From Anaeramoeba ignava BMAN (taxonomy: Eukaryota; Protista; Anaeramoebae): DNA of 64,000 nt. Shown in pieces: positions 1 to 13,100 of this stretch. The stretch lies in assembly GCA_028826165.1 (NCBI GenBank), contig JAPDFW010000147.1:790814-854813 (forward strand), written 5' to 3'. Made by a program: the position numbers and the translations under genes. Each line of letters starts with the position of its first letter. The first letter of the stretch is position 1. Under the pieces are notes generated by a model. That model made no database searches, was not told the DNA's origin, and was given only the letters and a program-made list of their open reading frames with translations.

Positions 1-28
1 TTTTTTTTTTTGAATTTTTTTTTTTTAC

Positions 29-1889
<1,861 letters not shown>

Positions 1890-2018
1890 TTTAAATTTTA
1901 AAAAAAAAAAAGAAATTAAGAAAAACAAGAAAAAAAAATAAAAAAGAAAAAATGATTTTTAATTTTTTTAATTTTTTTTTCATTTTTTTTCTTTCTTTTT
2001 TTTTCTTTTTTAATTATA

Positions 2019-4955
2019 ATGATATCTAAATGGTGTTGTATTATTGGAAAAGAAATTGAACAAAATGAAAAAGATTGGAAAAAATGTATTAAAAAAAATG
2101 AAAAATATTTTATTGAAGAAATTCCAGTTGTTGTTAAAATAAAATTAAATCCCAAAACAATATCAAAAGAAAATGAAGAAAAAGATGAAGAACTTTGGGT
2201 TTCAAAAGAAGGATATGAAAAAAATCAAAAAATACTTATAGAAATTTTAGAAAAATTAGAAATAAATGAAAATAAAAATCAAAATGAAAATCAAAATGAA
2301 AATAAAAATGAAAATCAAAATGAAAATGAAAATCAAAATCAAAATAAAAATCAAAATCAAAATGAAGATGAAAATCAAAATCAAAATCAAAATCAAAATC
2401 AAAATCAAAATCAAAATGAAAATCAAAATGAAAATCAAAATGAAAATCAAAATCAAAATCAAAATAAAAATCAAAATAAAAATCAAAATCAAAATCAAAA
2501 TCAAAATGAAAATCAAAATGAAAATCAAAATGAAAATGAAAATGAAAATGAAAATGAAAATGAAAATGAAAATGAAAATGAAAATCAAAATGAAAATCAA
2601 AATGAAAATGAAAATGAAGATGAAGATGAAGATGAAGATGAGGATGAAGACCCTAATTATCAATGTAATATTTGTTTGCAAACTGCAACTGATCCTGTTG
2701 TATCAAAATGTGGTCATTTATTTTGTTGGGAATGTTTATATTTATGGCTTCAACAAAAGCAAGAATGTCCTCTTTGTAAAAATCCTATTAATTCAAAAGA
2801 GGATGTTATTCCTTTATATGGAAGAGGAAAAGAAAAAGATTCACATCGTTTTAATACTCAAGATATCCCAAAAAGACCTTCTGGAAAAAGGTCAGCTTTT
2901 AATTTTTCTCAAGCCAGAAGAAGGAGAAATCATAACCAAAATGTGTTTGGAAATTTTGATTTACAATTTGTATAGATTGGATTCAAATTAAAATTAAAAT
3001 TAAAATTGATATAAAATTAAAATAAAATTGATATAAAATTAATTTAAAATTGATTTAAAATTGATTTAAAATTAATATAAAATTGATTTAAAATTGATTT
3101 AAAATTGATATAAAATTGATTTAAAATTGATTTAAACTTAATATAAAATTGATTTAAAATTAATATAAAATTAATTTAAAATTGATTTAAAATTGATATA
3201 AAATTGATTTAAAATTGATTTAAAATTGATTTAAAATTAATATAAAATTGATATAAAATTGATATAAAATTGATATAAAATTGATATAAAATTGATATAA
3301 AATTAATTTAAAATTGATATAAAATTGATATAAAATTAATATAAAATTAATATAAAATTGATTTAAAATTAATTTAAAATTGATTTAAAATTAATATAAA
3401 ATTGATTTAAAATTAATTTAAAATTGATATAAAAATTAATATAAAATTGATATAAAATTGATTTAAAATTGATATAAAATTGATTTAAAATTGATATAAA
3501 AATTGATTTAAAATTGATATAAAAAAATAAAATTGATTAAAAAAAATTTTAAAATGATTTAAAATTGATATAAAATTGATTTAAAATTGATATAAAATTG
3601 ATATAAAATTGATATAAAATTGATAAAAAATATAAAATTGATTTAAAATTGATATAAAAAATAAAATTTAAAATTAATATAAAATTAATTTAAAAAATTG
3701 ATATAAAATTGATATAAAATTGATATGATATAAAATTGATTTAAAAATATAAAATTGATATAAAATTAATATAAAATTAAAATTTAAAATTGATATAAAA
3801 AATTGATTTAAAATTGATTTAAAATTGATATAAAATTGATATAAAATTGATTTAAAATTGATTTAAAATTGATATAAAATTGATATAAAATTGATATAAA
3901 ATTGATATAAAATTGATTTAAAATTAATATAAAATTGATTTAAAATTGATTTAAAATTAAAATTGATTTAAAATTGATTTAAAATTGATATAAAATTGAT
4001 TTAAAATTATATAAAATTGATATAAAATTGATATAAAATTGATATAAAATTGATTTAAAATTAATATAAAATTGATTTAAAATTAATATAAAATTGATTT
4101 AAAATTGATATAAAATAAATTAAAATTGATATAAAATTGATATAAAATAAAATTGATATAAAATTGATATAAAATTGATATAAAATTGATATAAAATTGA
4201 TATAAAATTGATTTAAAAAATTGATTTAAAATTGATTTAAAAAATTTAAAATTAATTAAAAAATTTAAAAAATTTAAAATTGATATAAAATTGATATAAA
4301 ATTGATATAAAAATTAATATATAAAAAATTGATTTAAAATTGATTTAAAATTGATTTAAAATTGATTTAAAATTGATTTAAAATTAATATAAAATTAATA
4401 TAAAATTGATATAAAATTAATAAAATTAATATAAAATTGATATTGATAAAATTAATATAAAATTGATATAAAATTAATATAAAATTGATATAAAATTGAT
4501 TTAAAATTGATATAAAATTGATTTAAAATTGATATAAAATTGATTTAAAATTGATATAAAATTGATATAAAATTGATATAAAATTGATATAAAATTGATA
4601 TAAAATTGATATAAAATATAAAATTGATTTAAAATTGATTTAAAATTGATTTAAAATTGATTTAAAATTGATATAAAATTGATTTAAAATTTATGGATTT
4701 TTTAATTTCTTTTTTTGATCAATTTATCAAATTTTTTTTTTTAAAAAGGGTTTTGGACCATTTGGAACAGGATTTACTTTTACAAATTTTGGAAACAATG
4801 AAAATCAAAATGAAGAAAATCAAAATGAAGAAAATTTAACTGAAGAAGAAAGAAGAAAAAGAAGAAATCAAAAAAGAATTTTACGTGTTATTTTCTTTTT
4901 ATTCATTTTCATTTTATTTTTTTCAAACTTTCTTGAATTCAGATACAATTTATAA
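2019..4955 (+). CDS. RNF5/RNF185/RMA1-like C3HC4 RING E3 ligase with C-terminal TM anchor (exons 2019-2969, 4749-4955)
   Basis: CNICLQTATDPVVSKCGHLFCWECLYLWL..CPLCK..VIPLYGRG..IPKRPSG. After the intron: GFGPFG...RILRVIFFLFIFILFFS-stop. Long NQ/NE tract before the RING. Confidence 0.88.
2990..4690. repeat. Intronic 10-mer tandem repeat (AAAATTGATWT-type)
   Basis: About 1.7 kb of aaaattgata/aaaattgatt units filling intron 2970-4748. Confidence 0.9.
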
Positions 4956-5473
4956 AAAATTCCAAAAAAAAACAAACAAACAACAAATTGATTTCTATTA
5001 TTAATTTTAAATTAAATTTTAATTTTGAACAATTGAAAAAATTAAAGATTCAAAAATAAGATTTTAAATAAGATTTTAAATTAAATTTTAATAAAGATCA
5101 AAAATAAGAATGAATCATTTTTTTATTTTATTATTATTATTATTTTTTTTAATTTAAATTTAAAAAAATTTTTTTTTTCATTTTTTTTATTTACATTTAA
5201 TTCAATTCTCCTTTTTAAATTGTTTTGTTTTTTTTTTTTAAATAGATCCTTTTTTATTTTATTGTTTTATTATTTTATTATTTACATTCTATTTTTAAAT
5301 CTAAATCTAATTTGTAATGTGTTAATTTGAAATTGAACTTATTAATTTAAATTGAATTAATTTTTTATTTAAAGGCAAATTTGCGACTTCAATCTTATTT
5401 TTTAATTAAATTTTTTAATTAAATTTTTTTATTAAATTTTTTTATTTTTTTATTTATAAAAATTAGTTTAAAA

Positions 5474-7321
5474 ATGTATTCAGATCCGTTTTTCTCAAAA
5501 AAGAACCAAACTGAAAAAAATGATACAAATGAAAATATGGTTAAATGCCATGTTTTGAATAGAATTGAGATTGAAAATCAAATTAAAAAAGAAAAAATTC
5601 GGAAAGCATTTGGAGTTTATGAAGAAAGTTTAAAAAAATTACAAGAAATTTATTTTACAGAAAAAAAGAAAATTATAGAAAAATTTGCAAATGAAGAAAA
5701 AAAAATAACGGAAAAATATTCAATTAAACATCCAAGTTTTTTCCCAGTTTTTGAACCAATTAGACCGGAAGAATCCAAAAAATTAGATCCAATAAAAGAA
5801 GCAGATGAATCAAATGAATCAAATGATCCTGATGAATTAGAAGAATCAAGTGATTTAGAAGAATTAGAATCAAGCGAATCAAGTAATTTAGATGATTTAG
5901 AAGAATCAAGTGAATCAAGTGATTTAGAAGATTTAGAAGAATCAAGTGAATCAAGTGAATCAAGTGAATCAAATGAAACAATGGAGAAATTGCTTAATTT
6001 CCCATTTGATTTAGACCAACAGCCAAGCTTTCCTTTTTTTAATGCCAATACTCCGTTAAACAATCCGTTTTTCTCAAATCAAGATCAAAGGCAATCAAAC
6101 GACTTATCAATTGATAAATCAGGTAACAAATCAAATAAATCAATTGATAATTCAAATAAAAAAACAAGAAAAAAAACAAGAAAAAAACCAATTCAAAAAT
6201 CAAGTAAAAAAATTAAAAAACCAAGAAAAAAAACAATTAAAAAAACAATTAAAAAATCAATCCAAAAACCACTTGGAAAATTATTTGAGATTAATCGAAT
6301 TAATCATCAAATAAATAAACAAGTGAATAATCAAGAAAATAATCAAGTGAATAATCAAGAGAATAATCAAGTTAATAATCAAGTTAAAAATCAAGTTAAT
6401 AAACAAGTGAGTTTTCAAGATAATCAAGTTAAAAATCAAGTAAATAATCAAGTAAATAATCAAATGAGTTTCCAAGATAATCAAGTAAATAATCAAGTGA
6501 ATAATCAAGTTAATCAAGTTAAAAATCAAGTAAATAATCAAGTAAATAATCAAATGAGTTTCCAAGATAATCAAGTTAATAATCAAGTGAAAAATCAAGT
6601 TAATAATCAAGTGAGTAATCAAATTAATAATCAAGCGAAAAATCAAGAAAATAATCAAGAAAATAATCAAGAAAATAATCAAGTGAATAATCAAGAGAAT
6701 AATCAAGTTAATAATCAAGTTAAAAATCAAGTAAATAATCAAATGAGTTTCCAAGATAATCAAGTAAATAATCAAGTTAATCAAGTTAATAATCAAGTTA
6801 ATAATCAAGTAAATAATCAAGTAAATAATCAAGTGAGTTTTCAAGTTAATAATCAAGTTAATAATCAAGTTAATCAAGTGAGTTTTCAAGTTAATCATCA
6901 AGAAAATCTTCAAGAAAATAATCAAGTGAGTTTTCAAGTTAATCAAATTAATCAAGTGAATAAACAAGTGAGTTTCCAAGATAATCAAGAAAATAATCAA
7001 GAAAATAATCAAGTGAAAAATCAAGTAAATAATCAAATGAGTTTCCAAGATAATCAAGTGAATAATCAAGTGAAAAATCAAGTTAATAATCAAGTTAATA
7101 AACAAGTGAGTAATCAAGTTAATAATCAAGTTAATAATCAAGTTAATCAAGTTAATAATCAAGTTAATCAAGTGAGTTTTCAAGTTAATCATCAAGAAAA
7201 TCTTCAAGAAAATCTTCAAGAAAATAATCAAGTGAGTTTTCAAGTTAATCAAGTGAGTTTTCAAGTTAATCAAGAAAATAATCAAGTGAGTTTTCAAGTT
7301 TCTCATAAAAAAATCAAGTAA
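5474..7321 (+). CDS. Hypothetical protein: coiled-coil N-terminus, ESS acidic tract, basic tract, long N/Q/V repeat tail
   Basis: 615-aa uninterrupted ORF with a non-repetitive N-terminal ~100 aa and a repetitive NQVN/VSFQ C-terminal half. No family recognised. Confidence 0.6.
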   Translation: MYSDPFFSKKNQTEKNDTNENMVKCHVLNRIEIENQIKKEKIRKAFGVYEESLKKLQEIYFTEKKKIIEKFANEEKKITEKYSIKHPSFFPVFEPIRPEESKKLDPIKEADESNESNDPDELEESSDLEELESSESSNLDDLEESSESSDLEDLEESSESSESSESNETMEKLLNFPFDLDQQPSFPFFNANTPLNNPFFSNQDQRQSNDLSIDKSGNKSNKSIDNSNKKTRKKTRKKPIQKSSKKIKKPRKKTIKKTIKKSIQKPLGKLFEINRINHQINKQVNNQENNQVNNQENNQVNNQVKNQVNKQVSFQDNQVKNQVNNQVNNQMSFQDNQVNNQVNNQVNQVKNQVNNQVNNQMSFQDNQVNNQVKNQVNNQVSNQINNQAKNQENNQENNQENNQVNNQENNQVNNQVKNQVNNQMSFQDNQVNNQVNQVNNQVNNQVNNQVNNQVSFQVNNQVNNQVNQVSFQVNHQENLQENNQVSFQVNQINQVNKQVSFQDNQENNQENNQVKNQVNNQMSFQDNQVNNQVKNQVNNQVNKQVSNQVNNQVNNQVNQVNNQVNQVSFQVNHQENLQENLQENNQVSFQVNQVSFQVNQENNQVSFQVSHKKIK

Positions 7322-7722
7322 ATCAAGTTAATCAAGTAAATCGTTATTTAATAAAATAATTTAAATAATGAATCAAGTTTTGAATCAAGTGAAATATCAA
7401 GTGATTAATCAAGTCTATCATTATCAAGAAAACAAAACAAATCAACAAATTTTATTTTCTCATTTTAATTTTTTTTTTGGAAAAGCAAGTTTTCCTTTAT
7501 TTTGAGTTGTTTTGCAAAGATTAATTTTTTTTTATTGATATTTCAAATTTTAATAATTTGTTCTAAAAAAAAAAAATCAAAAAAACATTTTATGAAATCG
7601 TATTAAAAAATAATTTAAAGAAAGAAAAAAAGAAAAAGGAAATGAAAATGAGTTATTTTGTTTTATTTTTTGATACGACTTTTAAGAAAAAAAAAACTAA
7701 ATCAATTCTAAATGATTCAACT

Positions 7723-9640
7723 TCAAAACTTTGGTTCATGTGGAGCAAGAAAACTCAAGGCTTTTGGAACAGAAGAAGACAAAAATCTAAGAGCAATTTT
7801 TTGGATTGATTTCAAATCAACATTATCAACCATTTGAGAAAATTCATCATCAGAAACTCTTTTATCCAACATTAACAACTCTCTACCAATTTCTTCAGCA
7901 AAATTGAATGTAGTGCTTTTTTGAAGTAAAGAAAGTGATTTAAATTGAATTTTTGCTAGTTCAAGTTCTTCATTTGTTAGTTTTGTTGAAATTCTATGAA
8001 ATTCATTTTGTAAATGATGAATAAATTGTTTTATTTTATCAGGATCTCCAATAGCAGAACAACCGAATAATCCAGTATCAGAATAAGAATAATGAAATCC
8101 AGTGAATTTTGAAGCTAATTTTTCTTTTAGAACAATTTGTTTGAATGAGTTTTGATTGTTTTTGTAATTGTAAACTGAATCATTTAAATGATCAAAATTC
8201 CCTAAAATTTGATTTAATAATGAAAATGCATAAAAATCTGGATTATTCCAAGATGCTCCTTCTATTGCCAATGCGTAATGTGATACAGGCATTATTGGAT
8301 TGATTAAGCCTTGTATTCCTCCTTGAAATGTTGGTTTATTTAGTTCTATTTTTATAATATAATATAATGTTTAGATTTACAATGTAAGTTTATAAATATT
8401 TAATGTAAAAAAATAAATATAAAATAATTTTTTTTTGAATAAAACTTTAAATCTTTAAATAAAGCTTTAAATTTAAAAATTAATTTTAATTTTAATTTAA
8501 ATTTTAATTTTAATTTTAATTTTAATTTTAATTTTATAAATTAATTTTAATTTTATAAATGAATTTTAATTTTAATTTTAATTTTAATTTTGATTTTGAT
8601 TTTAATTTTGATTTTAATTTTGATTTTAATTTTAAAATGAATTTTAATTTTAATTTTAAATTTTAATTTTAATTTTAAATTTTAATTTTAATTTTAATTT
8701 TAATTTTAATTTTAATTTTAATTTTAATTTTAATTTTGATTTTAATTTTGATTTTAATTTTAATTTTAATTTTGATTTTAATTTTAATTTTAAATTTTAA
8801 TTTTGATTTTAATTTTAAATTTTAATTTTAATTTTAATTTTAATTTTAATTTTAATTTTAATTTAAATTGATTTTGATTTGATAAGATGAATTAATTAAA
8901 TACTTTGAATTGTATTAGAATTTAAATTCTGAGTTTTAAAATTAAAATATTTTTGAGCCAAATCAACAAATTGAGAATGTTCAACATCACCAACAGCAAC
9001 AAGAACAATATTTTCAGGAATGAATTGAGAAGAATAATAATTAAGAAATTGATGACGAGAAAATTTGAGAATATTATCAGTTGGGCCAAGAATAGGAAAA
9101 GATAAAGAATTTCCTTTAAAAGTTAAAGAATGAAGATTTTCAAAAAGAATTTCATTAAGATCCGTATCAACCTCTTGACATTCTCGGATAATAGTATCCC
9201 TTTCAGCCTTAATAGATCGATGAGAGAAGGTTGAGTTGAGGATGATATCTGAGAGGAATTCGACGCCGTGTTTGATTTTGTCGCCGAAAATATTCATATA
9301 AAAAGATCCTTGTTCTCTTCCAGTATAAGCATTAAAATGAGCTCCAATTTGCTCAACTTCTTGTTCAAGTTTCTCACGTGTTCTTTTACCCGTTCCCTTG
9401 AAGAACAGATGCTCAAGAAAATGCGCTATTCCGTTTGTCTCCTCTGTTTCATATCGACTTCCTGTTTTGATCCAAATTCCGATCGTTGATGTTGGTCCAT
9501 ATCTTCGTTCTGTTGCTATTCGAATCCCGTTTCTTAATCGGCTTATTTCTGTATCTCCTATTCTTCTCCGTAATCCCTCCAAATATTTGTCTAAATCCCC
9601 CTTTGATTGGTGTTTGTTTTATTGTTTTTATAATTGACAT
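7723..9640 (-). CDS. Mitochondrial/hydrogenosomal processing peptidase beta subunit (M16B); 2 exons, intron about 8346-8903
   Basis: TIGIWIKTGSRYE, GIAHFLEHLFFKGT (HxxEH zinc motif), NAYTGRE, YSDTGLFG, EEIGRELL. The ATG at 9640 is one base out of frame with the body. Confidence 0.9.
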
Positions 9641-10120
9641 TATATTCAAATATTATTTTAAAAGAAAAAAAATGATTTTATTTTTATTTTTTATTTTTTT
9701 ATTTTGAATAGAATTTGTCATTATTTAATCATCAAAAATTAACCTAAAAATATAATTTAATCATTTTTTTCTAATATTTATTTGATAAATTTAATTTAAT
9801 TTTCTTTTAATAAAATTAATAAAATATTTTAATTACTTTATTTCAAAAATAGAATAAAGAATATTAAATAATTAACTTTAGATTTATTTTATTTTATATA
9901 TTTTATTAATATTTCTTTATTTAAAATAATATAAAATAATTCCCAATAAATTAATAAAATTAATAAAATATTTTAATTAATTTATTTCAAAAATAGAATA
10001 AAGAATATTAAATTATTAACTTTGGATTTGTTTCTTATTTATTGATTTGAAGAATTTAATTTGATTGAAAGTAAATTAAAATTGAATTGAATTTTGAAAA
10101 AAAAAATGAAAAAATAGTTT

Positions 10121-13100
10121 TTAAATGAAATAAGTCTCAAGTTCATCAACAACCCATTTATTATAAGAACCAGCTAAATAACTTTGAGCTTCATTTGATT
10201 TATATTTAATTCCATCAGGTAGATTATAACTTTTACCAAAATTTGAACAACCAGATTGTAATTTAGAATTTACCAAAATATCATCTATAAATATTTTAAT
10301 AAAGATAAATAATTAATTTTAATAATAATTAATAATAATTTAATTTAAAATTAATTTTATTTTAAATTGAAATAATAATGTTATTTATTATATTAATATT
10401 TTGGATTATTTATTAATTTAATTTTAATTATAATAATAAATATTTATTAAATATAAATTATTTACTATCTATTTTAATAAAGATAAATAATTAATTTTAA
10501 TAATAATTAATAATAATTTAATTTAAAATTAATTTTATTTTAAATTTAAATAATAATATTATTTATTATATTAATATTTTGGATTATTTATTAATTTAAT
10601 TTTAATTATAATAATAATTATTTATTAAATATAAATTATTTACCAACTATTTTAATAAAAATAAATAATTAATTTTAATAATAATTAATAATAATTTAAT
10701 TTAAAATTAATTTTATTTTAAATTAAAATAATAATAATATTTATTATATTAATATTTTGGATTATTTATTAATTTAATTTTAATTATAATAATAAATATT
10801 TATTAAATATAAATTATTTACTATCTATTTTAATAAAGATAAATAATTAATTTTAATAATAATTAATAATAATTTAATTTAAAATTTATTTTATTTTAAA
10901 TTTAAAATAATAATATTATTATTTATTATATTAATATTTTGTATTATTTATTAATTTAATTTTAATTATAATAATAAATATTTATTAAATATAAATTATT
11001 TACTCTCTATTTTAATAAAGATAAATAATTAATTTTAATAATAATTAATAATAATTTAATTTAAAATTAATTTTATTTTTAAATTGAAATAATAATATTA
11101 TTTATTATATTAATATTTTAGATTATTTATTAATTTAATTTTAATTATAATAATAAATATTTATTGAATATAAATTATTTACCCTCTATTTTAATAAAAA
11201 TAAATAATTAATTTTAATAATAATTAATAATAATTTAATTTAAAATTAATTTTATTTTTAAATTTAAATAATAATATTATTTATTATATTAATATTTTTA
11301 GATTATTTATTAATTTAATTTTAATTATAATAATAAATATTTATTAAATATAAATTATTTACCATCTATTTTAATAAATATAAATAATTAATTTTAATAA
11401 TAATTAATAATAATTTAATTTAAAATTAATTTTATTTTTAAATTTAAATAATAATATTATTTATTATATTAATATTTTGGATTATTTATTAATTTAATTT
11501 TAATTATAATAATAAATATTTATTAAATATAAATTATTTACTCTCTATTTTAATAAAAATAAATAATTAATTTTAATAATAATTAATAATAATTTAATTT
11601 AAAATTAATTTTATTTTAAATTTAAATAATAAATATTATTTATTATATTAATATTTTAGATTATTTATTAATTTAATTTTAATTATAATAATAAATATTT
11701 ATTAAATATAAATTATTTACTCTCTATTTTAATAAAAATATAAATAATTAATTTTAATAATAATTAATAATAATTTAATTTAAAATTAATTTTATTTTAA
11801 ATTTAAATAATAATATTATTTATTATATTAATATTTTAGATTATTTATTAATTTAATTTTAATTATAATAATAAATATTTATTAAATATAAATTATTTAC
11901 CATCTATTTTTAATAAAAATAAATAATTAATTTTAATAATAATTAATAATAATTTAATTTAAAATTAATTTTATTTTAAATTGAAAATAATAATGTTATT
12001 TATTATATTAATATTTTAGATTATTTATTAATTTAATTTTAATTATAATAATAAATATTTATTGAATATAAATTATTTACCCTCTATTTTAATAAAGATA
12101 AATAATTAATTTTAATAATAATAATTAATAATAATTTAATTTAAAATTAATTTTATTTTTAAATTTAAATAATAATATTATTTATTATATTAATATTTAT
12201 TTTTATTTATTAATTTAATTTTAATTATAATAATAAATATTTATTAAATATAAAAATTATTTACAATCTATTTTAATAAATATAAATAATTAATTTTTAA
12301 TAATAATTAATAATAATTTAATTTAAAAATTAATTTTATTTTAAATTTAAATAATAATATTATTTTATTATATTAATATTTTAGATTATTTATTAATTTA
12401 ATTTTAATTATAATAATAAATATTTATTAAATATAAATTATTTACTATCTATTTTAATAAAGATAAATAATTAATTTTAATAATAATTAATAATAATTTA
12501 ATTTAAAATTAATTTTATTTTAAATTTAAATAATAATATTATTTATTATATTAATATTTTGGATTATTTATTAATTTAATTTTAATTATAATAATAATTA
12601 TTTATTAAATATAAATTATTTACCATCTATTTTAATAAAAGATAAATAATTAATTTTAATAATAATTAATAATAATTTAATTTAAAATTAATTTTTATTT
12701 TTTAAATTTAAATAATAATATTATTTATTATATTAATATTTTAGATTATTTATTAATTTAATTTTAATTATAATAATAAATATTTATTAAATATAAATTA
12801 TTTACAATCTATTTTAATAAAAATAAATAATTAATTTTAATAATAATTAATAATAATTTAATTTAAAATTAATTTTATTTTTAAATTTAAATAATAATAT
12901 TATTTATTATATTAATATTTTGGATTATTTATTAATTTAATTTTAATTATAATAATAATTATTTATTAAATATAAATTATTTACCCTCTATTTTAATAAA
13001 AATAAATAATTAATTTTAATAATAATTAATAATAATTTAATTTAAAATTAATTTTATTTTAAATTAAAAAATAATAATAATATTTATTATATTAATATTT

